Source: Phoronis australis (taxonomy: Eukaryota > Animalia > Phoronida). From it: DNA of 64,000 bases. A program made the position numbers and the translations under genes. The notes under the pieces are model-generated. The model was not told the DNA's origin and searched no databases. It saw nothing but the letters and a program-made list of their open reading frames with translations. Where the stretch lies: the NCBI GenBank assembly GCA_002633005.1, contig NMRA01000170.1, positions 627,007-691,006 on the forward strand, in the 5' to 3' direction. This document shows positions 14,399 to 26,958 of this stretch, piece by piece; the stretch's first letter is position 1; every line of letters starts with the position of its first letter.

Positions 14399-15991
14399 GT
14401 AATATTGAATTCATGATATTATATGGTGAAATTTTGGGACAAAAATAGTTGCTAAAATTGACGTAAGTCACAGGCAATGAGTACCTGCATCACAGAGATA
14501 GAATACTATCATGGTGAGGAACACTACGAGAGTGACTTTAAAAGAGTAAAAGGTCAAATTTGTAATATTTCTTATCATCATTGGATTCCATTTCTGTTTC
14601 CAACTCAAGTTGAGGGCAATGAGTACATGCACCATCTTTGAGTTGTAATTTTATGGTGAACCAACATCAATGAACTCTGAAGTGTTCTACTGAGTTGCCG
14701 ATGGTTTCAGTGTTCTTGTTGGCAACAGAAATAGAGTCATATCACTGATGGCGTGAGGGTCCTAATTCAATTTTCAATTTGAATCAACTAAACATGGTGA
14801 AATTCAGCTTTAAAGCTCACTATCTAAAACGCAATTTGTGAAATAGTTGCTCCTCTCACAAGATATCTGTGATGTCATTGGATGTTTACAAGCATATATA
14901 ATGGCATTAGATTCCGGTACCTTCTTTTGAATTTTTTGGTTGTTGCACTTTCTTCGGTTACATGTGTTGTTATTCTCATAGAAGAAATAAGTGCATTTTA
15001 AGCCTCTAGAGTGCGCTGGGTCATATGCTGCTGTATCAAAACCTTCAGCACCAACCCTTGAAGCTGCTCAAATTACTCATTGCCTTGACTCAGCTTTGTT
15101 AGTTTAATGTTATCTGGTCATAAATACCAGTCAACAAATGTCCTTTGCAGATGACTTTGTGTCTAAATATGTCTAGATTTCTGTGAATGACTGTAACTGG
15201 AAAAATCTCATCATGACTTTCCCTGAATTTTGGTTAGTGGCCTTTTTTGGATAAGGTGTAGCGTCATAGAATGGGTGATACTATAATTGCACTTGACTGT
15301 TTTACCTAGCACCAGTGTGGTTCACTGAATGATGTCCATTTATTATATGTCAAATGTTGTAATAATCTTCTGTAGTTTATCAGTTACCATACTCATCTCG
15401 CCCATGTTCAGCTTAATGCCCATGTTCAGCTTGACGCCCACCTTGGAAACTTGGAAATTAGAACACTCATTCTTGGCTTAGTGTCTTCCTGCACTTTATA
15501 CTATGAAGACTTCATTAAAAGTGATATTGTCGTCATGATCTCTTGTCTCACAAGAATTTTAGCTCCCAAAGGAGCATAACTTAGATGTGAAATAGTTGTT
15601 GTGGCTTGTGCCTATTCTAATATGATGACGCTTTTGTGCAAAAATGTTGAGCGAGTCAACTGTTCGGCTCTGCACATCCGTGGCTTCTCTGAAATTTTGT
15701 TTCTAAGGGCCCATGCCTAGCTTAATCCCAATTTCCGGGCGACGGCTGTAAAAGTCCAATACTTTGAATAATTTTGAACAGACATCTAAAACAACAAACT
15801 GGAAGGATGATTGACATAAACATGAGCAACGCCTTGTTTTTGATTGACACCCACTTACACTTTTAATTTTGGGGAAACCTTATAAAGCCTGAAAAAAATT
15901 CCAAATCCAGGAGCACAATATATTTGGTTTTCTGTGTAGAGAAATTCCTGTTGTTAGATGTAGAAAATTCAACCTATTGATTTATTTTCAG

Positions 15992-16165
15992 GCCTGAAGC
16001 TTCTGTGTCTACCCGTAATCACAGCTGCGGCCATAGCTGCTGGGACAGCAGTTGTAGGGCTAGGCACCATCGCACTGCCCGTGTGGGGTGCATATAAACT
16101 AGAGAAGAGGCGGCGAATAAAGAAACAAATTAAGAAGAGGAGAGAGCTTCTTGAATTTCTTAATG
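15992..16165 (+). CDS. RNF217: RNF217-like coding exon 3 (hydrophobic membrane segment plus basic cluster)
   Basis: Acceptor tattttcag. Translates (G)LKLLCLPVITAAAIAAGTAVVGLGTIALPVWGAYKLEKRRRIKKQIKKRRELLEFLN. Donor G|GTGAGT, phase 1. Not in the ORF track. Confidence 0.88.
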
Positions 16166-17884
16166 GTGAGTGCAGCGGGAATGGTTAGTGATTCCGCTAA
16201 AAAGTGACCTTGTTTTTCATCACAATGTCCTTATTAAAGGATACATTTTTTCTGGAGACTCCGGTTGTTGTCTTTGTGTTGATCCTGAGTTGCAGAGCCT
16301 GAGCATTTTATTTTTATCACTAAGTATAATTGCTTCAATTCAACTCCTCATCAGTTCATGTCAAACAAAAGGTCTATGAAAGGATGATGTTTTCATTCTT
16401 TCTCTTTTCAAATGATCTGCCTATTGTAGTGTCAGTGTTCAAGAAGTTGTTTCTGGTCTCCCTGCAGCCCACACCCCTCCAAAAAGATAGTGGGTTATTC
16501 CGTGAGGTTGAGTCACTGTATCCCTGGTAGGCTTGCCCCTGATTGCTGAATGAGTTGTGCCTGAGAAGCTCTTTTCCACGTAATGAGTAAAGGGGTGTCG
16601 CCGTAAATACAGTAGAGAACAAAAGTATCAGACGAAATAGTTTCCTCATCACGGCGGCAAAGTTCTGATGCAGAATGGCTTAGCCATCTTTCTAAATTTC
16701 TTATTAATTCCCTTCGTTATTGGTTATAAGGGAAGACTACTCTGACTATGAACTCTGTTTGCATCCAGCCATCATTATAGAGAATTCCAGATCATTTTTT
16801 TTAATACATTTGGGTTGTACTGTACCTGGGTAACTGTGAAAATTGGCACTCGAGATAATGGGAAAATTTTACCCAAAGTGATATCCCTCATGTCATTGCA
16901 AGTTCATTTACTTGAGGTCGGTGCTCCCGGAAGTCTTTCCGGTTAATATCGGATAGTCTGTCACCTGATCACAAGGGATTTGGTCTGTGCTTGAGGGCTC
17001 AACTTTCCGCCTACTGTCTAGAGTGGTGGTTAGAATTTCTTGTATTAATATCCGTATTGAGACTGTTTTGACCATTTCACGACCTCTGTGGAGTGTCTGG
17101 GGAGGAAATTACAAACTTAATCATCTTGATTATTCTTTTTCATCCAAAGCAAACTGCTCGGTTCCCGTCAATTTTCTTAACCTGTGTATTAAATCTGCGT
17201 GTTATCAAGTTTGATTCTACCAAGGAGACAGAGTGATTGAAGATTAATCGATTCATTCTTTCATCTTGTTTACTCTAAATTATGATTCCATTGACGTTAG
17301 TGTCGTGGTGTTGCAACTGCAAGTCAAATGTTTATTGGGTATGGAATGAAAAGCTAATTAATTAATGCTGATAGCAAGAATGAGTCATTATCTTGAGGTT
17401 ACTAGATCCACTCAGTCTCTGCTGTATACATCTGTCCCTTGCTTTTGTATTAATTAGACTTCTTTGAGTTACGAGGATTTGATGTGCAATTCAATCTCAT
17501 CCATTACGTCATTTAGTGAAAGCCAATTCCGGCATCTTGTTGTTTTTGTCAATTTTGTGAAAGCAATATGATGTATTAAAATAAGCTTGAGTTTCTTTGT
17601 TGAAGTGATTTAATGAGGTGAGAAAGTTATGTCTCTCAAATTGCGTTAAGCTTTGTAATTGAATTTTTTTATCACTAGCTGTACCCACAGCTTTTTATAG
17701 GAAAAAATCTTTCTGTCCAATTAGTTTTGCCCTTTGTTGCATGTCAGTTACAAGACTTTTTTTCACAGTAGGTTCATTTACCCATAAATCATATTCATGG
17801 ATATGGTTGCAGAGGCATAGCCCCAGCTACAAATCCTTACAACATAAATATTTGAAATAACTTATTTTTATTTGTATATTTCAG

Positions 17885-18084
17885 CCCCGTGCTCCTGCTC
17901 AATATGTACGACTACCCAGGTGGACCCTTATCTTCACAAGTGGCAGCAAGATCCATGTCAGCACATGTGGCACCAGCCAGTGCCAGACGTGGATGTTATC
18001 TCGACTGGTTCAAGTACGTGGACTTCTGGTGAAGACATCTCCTCTGTCTGGTCTCTGCGTAAAGATATACAAGTCACAGCTCAG
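17885..18084 (+). CDS. RNF217: RNF217-like coding exon 4 (C-terminal extension)
   Basis: Acceptor tatatttcag. Phase-1 compatible open frame (A)PCSCSICTTTQVDPYLHKWQQ...KDIQVTAQ. Donor CAG|GTGAGT, phase 0. Confidence 0.7.
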
Positions 18085-19103
18085 GTGAGTTGACTGAGTG
18101 CGAATGCACACAGGTACTCGAAGGTGGCAATCGGTAGACTATGTTTCTTCCAAGAAAAGCGAGATAATGCAAAGAGCACGAGAGTGGAAGGCAAGTTTCT
18201 GATCTGGGAACCATTCAGGAGACCAAGATTCGTGAGATTACACAATACAGCACAAAATCAGGCTTAGCCTAGTGAAAGGCCAGTATTTCGCGAGTATACT
18301 CAAAGCCCAACTAGCGTAGTCTAGCTGTAGTTACTGGTCAGTATAGAATTCACAGTTTCTGTTCCATAATTGAAGGTTTTTGTGCATTAAGTGAAAGCTA
18401 ATGTCTAGTCTGTGGAATACAGCCATGTACTGGTAACTAAAAACTACGAGTTCAGTACTAGGTTTTTTATCTGTCTTCAAAAAACTTAGTTACGTGAAAT
18501 GTGCGAAAGAAATTAATCTTCAGGAGGTTAAATTGTGTTTTATATATTAAGTGATGTTCAGCCAAATTTAAAAATGACCCATGTGTCTCAGTTGTTGTTC
18601 ATGTATGATTTTCTCTTTTGACCTTCATTCAGGAAGAGATTGTACAGATGTAGATCTGAACCTTGTTGGGGAATAAACTAATTTATGGGCACTTACTATT
18701 AGTAGTTTCAATTTCTAAAAGCATTTATATATGTTTTGGGAAGGAAAACGAACTGTTTATGAAATTACCATTTACGATTGCATTTTAGCGCACCTTTTGT
18801 AGAGTTTAATAGAGCATTGCAACTCACCCCCTGGTAGTGGACTTGCCGAGTTTGGTGTTTGAGAAGGAATGCTGAACCTCTTTACAATTTTGTGCTATTG
18901 AGCACGTTTGCAAAAAATAACTATTTTGCTGTCCAACATCAATGTTTTTATGGGATCTGTGTGAATGAAGAGGGAAACTAAAGATAAATTTTGAAAGGAC
19001 AACACCCAGCTGCATTTGTGAATGGTCAGATAACAATAAAGTGTTGTTGACATTATGCTGGGTTTTGCCAACTTGTCAGAATAACATTTTTTGATTTTGA
19101 CAG

Positions 19104-19214
19104 GTCAACCCTCAAATTGACAACACTGACCTTGTTATGACACAGGACATGGCAACGGAGACATCTGTAGGTGGCGAACTGAAAGAGAGAGAGCTGGAGA
19201 GCACTCGGTTGTAG
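19104..19214 (+). CDS. RNF217: RNF217-like terminal coding exon
   Basis: Acceptor ttttgacag. Translates VNPQIDNTDLVMTQDMATETSVGGELKERELESTRL followed by TAG. AATAAA signals follow. Confidence 0.68.
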   Translation, partial: VNPQIDNTDLVMTQDMATETSVGGELKERELESTRL

Positions 19215-19364
19215 TCAGGTCATGTGATGTCAAGGGGGACAGAGAACTTTGAATACTCATCTATGTATGTTTATCATATTCATTAAGTGTGAGTGCTGTA
19301 GTATTCAATAGATGTCAGCAGCATCTTTTGACTTGACCTCATTATGGGGTTTTTCGTTTATGTA

Positions 19365-20598
19365 AATAAAGCATAACATACAAATAAAGCTTTTTCATGG
19401 TGGGGTCCATTGACTGTGTGCGTGTGGTGTAACATTTCAATTTTATAAAGAACATTAATTTGATATTTTATCAATGAAAACCAATTGACAAAAGTGCAAC
19501 AGCACCTTCAATGTTTACAAGTNTAATTTTGTGACTTTGAATCATTTCAGGTTTTGGAGATGAATACTTTATGGAAAGTTGTATCGAGTAGTATTTGTAC
19601 TTAACAAGAAGTACTGAAATGTTGTTTCTAGTTGTTTATGTATGCTTGATGTACAGAGCTCTTACCTTTTTCAGTGTTTTCACTTATGATGCAGTTAACA
19701 GTGGTTGGTGCTGCCAGCCTTAAAGCTTATATTGTTGCGCTAATGAATGCTGTAAAGGCCTTATTAAAGCATTTTCAAATGCAGTGCATATTTTCTGCAA
19801 GAGCATTGTGGGCCTGTATTCCATAAACAGTACATGTTGTGAGTGTCTGTAAAGAGCACTGGTGTAGCACAAGGGGGCGTAACGCCGCCTACTTCTTCCA
19901 AAAAAGTTAGATAGTGATTCATTAAGCTAATTCGCTTAGCTGATCCTACTCGTTCAACCCCCCCTCCCCAAGAAGAACGGGGTAATGGCGATGTCGGTAA
20001 TAGTGGGTGAGGTGGCTAAATTGGCGATTGGAGACGAGGTAACAAATCTGGTGGTGCCCTGTGTGCCTGCCCTCATTGTTCTATACACCTGTCTATAGCA
20101 GTGCTTGCTAGACATCCTAAAGACTGTGACTGCTGTTAAAAGGAGAGTACACCGTACCACCTCAATGTACCAAGTATACCAGACCAAAGTCGTCAATTGT
20201 GGAGAAATTCTGCCACGATTTTAGTTCAACTTAATGCAACTTTTCAACTTATTGTTGTTAATGACTCATTTTGAATGCCGTGTCTGTAAATAGGTATTAG
20301 TTAAATAGGTATTAGTTTGACTTAGTGAATGTTATGTTTTGCAAACAAAACATGGGGTACATGTAAGTAGTAGTGCATAATTAAGATTCAAGTTAGATTC
20401 TTTGTTGCGATGTAAACTAGGACACGTGCAATGCTGTCTGAAAGGTGTGGATGATTTGTGATTAGTAAATTAGTTTAAGTGTGGTTTGATGATGTAATAT
20501 CATTGCAGAATCCTGTTTATTAGTGCATAAAATAGTGGAATGCAGCAAAAGCATTCGTTTTGATGTGATAACATAAATTTCAATGCAATTACAATAAA
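19365..20598 (+). terminator. Candidate polyadenylation signals of the RNF217-like gene
   Basis: AATAAA at 19365, 19383 and 20593; the last is followed by GT/T-rich sequence. Confidence 0.45.
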
Positions 20599-21811
20599 GT
20601 GTCTATTACTCACGACTTGTAATGTGTGAAATGATGGTTGGGTCTTTGTCTCTTCTGGTTAAAAATACAAAAGTAACAAAACTTGGAGCTTATTTGCTAT
20701 AGACATGTAATCTTGGCCAAGGCAGACAAGAATGTTAAAGCCACATTGAAGCACGTTGTGTTTTTAACAGGCGTATTTTCTCTAACTTGCAAAGCAATGT
20801 CTTTGTTGCTCTACATTATGAAATATAACACAACATCTGCCTTGTTTTGGTCATACAGCCCACCTAATTATACACAATTGTATTAACAATGCTTCCTGAA
20901 CACTGAGCTTTGCAATAACATGAAAATCAGCAGGTCTTTGTGACCTGAGTAAAATCCCAGGTCACATTTCAAGAATTCTGGTCACACTTACTTAAGTTAC
21001 TAGCTCCAGTTCATGACACGTTGGGGACTAAAATAAAAAGGTTACAAAAACGGGTGTTGGTTAGTTGAGTGTTCGCCTTTGAATTTCATTTGGCGACTAA
21101 GTGAACTGATTCTGTTCAGATATTTTTAAAATAACGGGTCCATCAATTAGCCTCTATTTTGATGCATTATGGAGGGAAGTGTAAAAAGCTTAGTTTGCAC
21201 AAGTTGAAATTCCCAATTACGCAAAAATCTCGGCAAGCATTTCCAAAGTTGAGGTTGCAAATATGACTAGCATCTCGTTGCATCGAGCCCTGCTCTAGCA
21301 TAGTGAAAACCCAAAAAAAATCCCGGCTGGATCAAAACAACCTGATGGGAATTTAGAAGGAAATAAGCTTCCAGAAGATGAACAAACTTCGTACTCAACC
21401 ACACGGAGATAACGAACATAGCTTGTCGAGTCTGTGAAAGGGAGTGATGTAGTCTGATGGAATCTGATGGTGACCATTGGTAGTCATGATGTCGGAGTTA
21501 AAACTGCAATAATGGACTTATAATACAATGAAAAGATTTAGTGTTGTGTCCACATAGCAGGAAGTTGAGCACAGCTAGTAACATACTACACCATGAAATA
21601 TCATTTTCTAAGCCCATCTCAATTTCAGTCAACCAGCTAAGCTGATCTGGTCATTGGGCTCTATTGGATTCAACTTGCTTTATGCATCTCCTCTATTACT
21701 GAAGACGCTCGCGACGACACAAATCCAGTTCCATAGAGACATCCTCGCTGCACACTTTTCTCCACACTTGAGAAACTCTGCAAAATTGACTTTGTTCGCT
21801 CCTTGCAGTTT

Positions 21812-22002
21812 TTAATTATTCTGAGCAAACTTCCACTCTTGTCGACACATTGGACAGAGCTGTTGTACATTCTGTGAGTGGAGCCACTTGACGATGCAAT
21901 GGATGTGAAAACAATGAGTGCATTCTCCCCACACCAGGGGGCAGTCATCTCCAGGTAGTTTACAGTCATGACAGCAACCATCAAAAGGCATGCGGCAGAT
22001 TC
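21812..22002 (-). CDS. ANAPC11: Anaphase-promoting complex subunit 11, coding exon 2 (RING-H2)
   Basis: Acceptor ttcttgcag. Translates (G)ICRMPFDGCCHDCKLPGDDCPLVWGECTHCFHIHCIVKWLHSQNVQQLCPMCRQEWKFAQNN followed by TAA; 86 aa in total. The ORF track shows a different frame here. Confidence 0.96.
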
Positions 22003-22869
22003 CTGCAAGAATAATTTATCAAGAATGTTGATCATAGCACACACATCTGGATGTCCTGCGTTCACTGTTAAGAATTATGGTAATTTTTCACCTATTTAGC
22101 ACATCAGTTTATCAACAAAAATAAAGACTACAAACTTCTAGTTCACTTATAGCTTGGTCTGTACCCTGTAGATGTCATCATGCAATTTTTCTATTAATTT
22201 TTGTATTAATTGCAGTGAAGTGCTAGTAATTGACCTTTGAAAAATGGAAAATGACAATTTTGGCAATTATTTTTGTGTGAAATAAGTGAAGAACAACGGT
22301 ACTTGAAAAACAATGAAAAAGAATATATGCACTTGGAAACAACTAAAATAAACCTCAGGTCACTTGTAATCGTAAAAACTTTAATTCGAGAATGAACACA
22401 CCCATTCATCAGTAACTATATTATTGAAGGCAAGCACATGACCCACTCAGTCTAAGTATTTTTGTCCCCAGATATTAAAGGATACGATAAGGTGTGAATA
22501 GAACCATTTTCTATTTATGAACAAAATTAAACATTTAGTAAAATCAACTTCATCTAGTTGAAAAGCGGCCACTAAACAAAGATTCAAACACAACAAGATA
22601 TTCACTTGGGCAAAATAAATAGCCAAGTCAATTCAATTCCCAACCAATAATACCCCAATGAACACTGCATCCAGCCAATGAGTGCTTTCACAACAGCTGA
22701 GCCAGAGTTACGTGATCTAGAAATATGTAGGGGTGGAAGGTATGTTTGGGAATGGCAACCAAGTTGTGTATGGTCTTGTACATGAGGAACAGTTTGTTTT
22801 GAGCACATCTTTCTTGAGGACTAAGCCATTTGAGACGCAACAGAGGAGTATCTGGAGTGGTCAATCAGG

Positions 22870-23640
22870 ACGTAACCTGGCTGCTCTATGCTGTATTCTT
22901 TCTATCTTGTTAATATTGGAGAGTGTTGAGGGATCCCAGACATTGGAGGAATATTAAGTTTGCACCTCACTAGTGATGTGTAGGCCAAGGCTTTTGTTTC
23001 ACGTGGTGCATATTTGAGGTTCCGTTTAATGAAGCTAAGAGTTCTGTTTGCCTTAAAGGTGATTGTGTCTATGTAAGCATTCCATGAAAAATTATTGGTA
23101 GAATGACCCCAAGGTAAGGGGCTTGATTTATGCATTTGAGTGGTGAGTTGTGAAGACTGTAAGTGTGTATATTATGGGGACATGTTTTCTGTGGACACGT
23201 AGAATATTGCATTTGGAAATACTGAAATCCATTTTCCCGGATTTTTCCCAGGAGGCTAGGGAGTCTAAGACTTGTTGAAGTATTTGGCAATCATGGGGGA
23301 AGCAATAGGTCTATAGAGGACTGCATCATTGGCAAAGAGACGGATATTTGAAGAAATGGGTCGAGAGGCCGTTAATATAAAATATGAAGAGTGCAGGACC
23401 AAGGACAGAGCCCTGGGGCAACCCTGACTGAACTTGGAAGGAATTTGAGAAATCGCCATCGACAATGAATCTCCGTGTTCTGTGAGATAGAAATGAATGG
23501 TTCCAATTGTAGGTGAGACCCCTTATACCACAGCATCTGATCTTCTCCAAGAGCCTTGGATGAGATACTCTATATCAAAGGCTTTGGAGAAGTCTAGCAT
23601 CACAGCGTCGATTTGAGTGCCTGCCTCCATTAGTGCCTCC
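22870..23640 (-). mobile_element. Decayed non-LTR retrotransposon (LINE) reverse-transcriptase fragment in the ANAPC11 intron
   Basis: Frameshifted RT motifs: LDFSKAFD, SGLPQGSVLGPALF, RLFANDAVLY (FADD-like), YLGVIL and KANRTLSFIKRNL...LAYTSLVR. Confidence 0.9.
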
Positions 23641-24056
23641 TTGACTATCGATTCTTGCCAGACAAGGGATGGATTGGAGAATAATTGAAAGAACATGACA
23701 ACTAAAGTCAGCTGATTGCCCTACCCGGCTAGGGCCTGACCACGACGACTCAAGTCATCTGGCCGTATTCCTTGATCTTTTTAGGACTTAACCCTCGTAA
23801 ACTATATATGATGGAGAATATGAGGTGCGTGTTATAATTTTTTTTAAAAAGATTAATTCAGATAAGCTCCTTGCCGCAGCCAAGCAAAAACCAATTGATC
23901 AACACTGAACAACTCAAGGATGATCATGGTCAGGGAGGCAGGGATGATTGTAGATAGTGATCACCGTCCTTAGCTGGCCCAGTAGAGACGTAACGGAAGC
24001 TGACTAAAACATCAAAGTCGCGTTGTTATAAATACCTTTTGCGCATAGAGGGACAG

Positions 24057-24322
24057 TTAGAAGTCCGTCGATCTATTTAATTCCTTCCAACTCGACAAAA
24101 TGCTCCTGTTGTCAAACTTTTTCTTTGAACAATCCCTCATTCAGTTCCCAAAATCAATAACTCGTGCGGCAGGTGGTATGATGTCATATCCTCTGGTGTG
24201 CGCAGTGTAAAAATGGCGAGTTAACGATTTTGGGAACTGAATGAGGGACTGCTCGAAGAAAAAGTTTTATAACAGGAGTATTTCATCGAATTGGAAGGAA
24301 TAAGACATCGACGGTCTCCTAA
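24057..24322. mobile_element. Foldback MITE with ~105-bp imperfect terminal inverted repeats
   Basis: 24057-24163 is the reverse complement of 24218-24322 (e.g. tccctcattcagttcccaaaatc / gattttgggaactgaatgaggga). Ends are TTA...TAA. Confidence 0.75.
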
Positions 24323-24387
24323 GGCAGTGGCGGACCTAGGATACCATAAGGGGGGCCCAACATGTTGCCTCGGGAAATTGGGCAAAA

Positions 24388-24544
24388 CAGGGGCGGATCC
24401 AGGATTTTGAGTTAGGGGGGGCCAGGGCAGAGTATTAGCCAGGATTTTTCCCATCAGAAATTCGCACCCCCGCACTGCCAAATGGAATCTGGGAGAATTT
24501 TAGGGGGGCCGTGGCCCCCTTGGCCCCCCTCTAAATCCACCATT
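24388..24544. mobile_element. hAT-like short MITE
   Basis: Termini CAGGGGCGGATCCAGG...TAAATCCACCATTG with internal GGGGGCC/GGCCCCC motifs. A similar terminus (CAGTGGCGGACCTAGG) lies at ~24325. Confidence 0.6.
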
Positions 24545-24941
24545 GCAAAGCGCGGTATCTTTTGTGCGCGAGCTCAAAGTTGCGGGGGCTAGGGTTGTGC
24601 ACCTTCGTCAGACTAAAAAAAATGGGGACATGGTTTCGCTGCCGGCTGGGGCCCACCTGAACTCAATATATCGTCCGGTTACCTATTTTCGTCAGGCTCC
24701 AAAGTTCGTCCGCCATCTTGTTTCGCGTGCAGCGCAACCACGCGGGACTTAGCGTTCCAATTTGGAGTGCTCGTCTGCACGTTAGGTACTAACTTATCGG
24801 AAGAGACACGTATCAAAGTAATGAGACAAAAATCGGTGAGTTTACCGATTGTTTTTTAAAACCACTTAAAAATCAGTAGATTTTACTAATTCACTTTTTT
24901 GTGCGTTTTCAGAAGATGTTTTCGAATTTAAATTTTCTTCC

Positions 24942-25635
24942 NNNNNNNNNNNNNNNNNNNNNNNNNNNNNNNNNNNNNNNNNNNNNNNNNNNNNNNNNNN
25001 NNNNNNNNNNNNNNNNNNNNNNNNNNNNNNNNNNNNNNNNNNNNNNNNNNNNNNNNNNNNNNNNNNNNNNNNNNNNNNNNNNNNNNNNNNNNNNNNNNNN
25101 NNNNNNNNNNNNNNNNNNNNNNNNNNNNNNNNNNNNNNNNNNNNNNNNNNNNNNNNNNNNNNNNNNNNNNNNNNNNNNNNNNNNNNNNNNNNNNNNNNNN
25201 NNNNNNNNNNNNNNNNNNNNNNNNNNNNNNNNNNNNNNNNNNNNNNNNNNNNNNNNNNNNNNNNNNNNNNNNNNNNNNNNNNNNNNNNNNNNNNNNNNNN
25301 NNNNNNNNNNNNNNNNNNNNNNNNNNNNNNNNNNNNNNNNNNNNNNNNNNNNNNNNNNNNNNNNNNNNNNNNNNNNNNNNNNNNNNNNNNNNNNNNNNNN
25401 NNNNNNNNNNNNNNNNNNNNNNNNNNNNNNNNNNNNNNNNNNNNNNNNNNNNNNNNNNNNNNNNNNNNNNNNNNNNNNNNNNNNNNNNNNNNNNNNNNNN
25501 NNNNNNNNNNNNNNNNNNNNNNNNNNNNNNNNNNNNNNNNNNNNNNNNNNNNNNNNNNNNNNNNNNNNNNNNNNNNNNNNNNNNNNNNNNNNNNNNNNNN
25601 NNNNNNNNNNNNNNNNNNNNNNNNNNNNNNNNNNN
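24942..25635. other. Assembly gap (694 N)
   Basis: Run of n characters. Confidence 1.
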
Positions 25636-25815
25636 ACCCTGACATCTTCATTTTTGGTGGATTCAGGACATCAAATATTGTTCGGGCACTGCAGTCAATA
25701 CCAGCTTGTTCTTCATTCATGAAATGGACTCCTCGAAGTGATGAGAGCATAACTTGCGGTTCTTGGACAAATACGTTGCATCTCTATTCATAAGGTCAGC
25801 TCCCAGCGCTTGCAC
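25636..25815 (-). pseudogene. THAP domain relic, exon 2 (frameshifted, runs into the assembly gap)
   Basis: Acceptor ctgttcag, phase compatible. Reads (R)CKRW / ADLMNRDATYLSKNRKLCSHHFEES / FMNEE / NKLVLTAVP / TIFDVLNPPK across frameshifts, giving the THAP W, CxxHF and AVPTIF signatures. Confidence 0.8.
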
Positions 25816-26344
25816 CTGAACAGAAATCAATGACTGAGAGACTCAGGAACAAACCTCATACTCACTAGGTTCACAGAAGACTGGTAGCCTACACTAAAGT
25901 ACACTGCACTACAGAATTCCTGTCGTACTTCAAGTTGATTGTGATAGAGACAAAAGCGTTTTGGTGTCAACTGAAAAAAACTCGAACTCAAATATTGATC
26001 CACGGATATTTTAACAGGGCCGCGCCCTCGCATCATTGACACATAGAATTAAGTTTTCAAAGACGCACTGCTTAACTTAATTGGTCCAACTGGCACATTA
26101 AAATTATGTTCGGATTTTTCACCTTTTCACTGAGACCCACAGATTCGCTAACTTCATGACTCATGAGACTTAGTGGCCCTGTGGCTGTGATTGTGCCATG
26201 GCTGTGTCACCAGTCATATTACTCATGGCCATCATGGGCATGGGTATGTTTTCCTAAAATTGTCCCTGCGATCGTAAGGGTGACATTTTGATTTGGAATT
26301 GATGGACTGCAAGTATCCAAAAAGCTGACGATCACATCGTACGC

Positions 26345-26450
26345 CAGGCGTCCTCAGCTTCTGATCGTCCCCAATACACTACATATAATACTACAAGCTT
26401 GTACTATTATATGTAGTGTATTGGGGACGATCAGAAGCTGAGGACGCCTG
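26345..26450. repeat. 106-bp near-perfect palindrome with no spacer
   Basis: The 53-bp arms are reverse complements except for one mismatch; the centre is AAGCTT. Confidence 0.95.
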
Positions 26451-26629
26451 TGATCGTACGTTCATCATAATCCTTCCGCCGGCAGCCCGGTTGTACAGTA
26501 GGCCTAGCCAACACTGCAGACAACAGAACAGTGGCAACGGGATTGTGATCGACTTGTCTAACAACCGTGATTAGAACACACAAAATGAAAGCCAATGTAT
26601 CATTTTATTGAATAACAGATAATCCTTAC

Positions 26630-26727
26630 CTTTCTGGATCCTTACGAAACCTAAAAAATGACACGTCTGGGGTTTTCGTGGATGAATTCATGAAATTTAT
26701 CGCATTGCAAAATGCGTCCTTCCCCAT
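26630..26727 (-). pseudogene. THAP zinc-finger domain relic, exon 1 (THAP-containing DNA transposon)
   Basis: Translates MGKDAFCNAINFMNSSTKTPDVSFFRFRKDPE(R), resembling the THAP N-terminus C-x4-C...SFFRFPxDP; the second Cys and a Pro are substituted. Donor AG|GTAAGG, phase 2. Confidence 0.75.
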
Positions 26728-26958
26728 TGTTTCGGCACTTCCTGGTTGACATTTGCTTAATCACCACTTGGCGGCGCTAGTAGTAGCGGTAACAGCGAAC
26801 TCACAAGTGAACTCTCCTATAATAATTATACTACTACACTCCTTGATAGAAGCTCCACCGTCTCTGGGCCAGCTGGTAGAGACGGATAAAGAAACCGATC
26901 TTTACGTCGGCAATCTCGACCATTTCGTAATAGTCTCGAAATACCCATTTAAGCTTAC

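Noticed and set aside
21670-22065. 131-aa minus-strand ORF
   Set aside because: Wrong frame; the real product is the APC11 RING-H2 exon in another frame.
24866-25750. 273-aa and 294-aa ORFs
   Set aside because: Artefacts of the N gap; only the flanking THAP fragment is meaningful.
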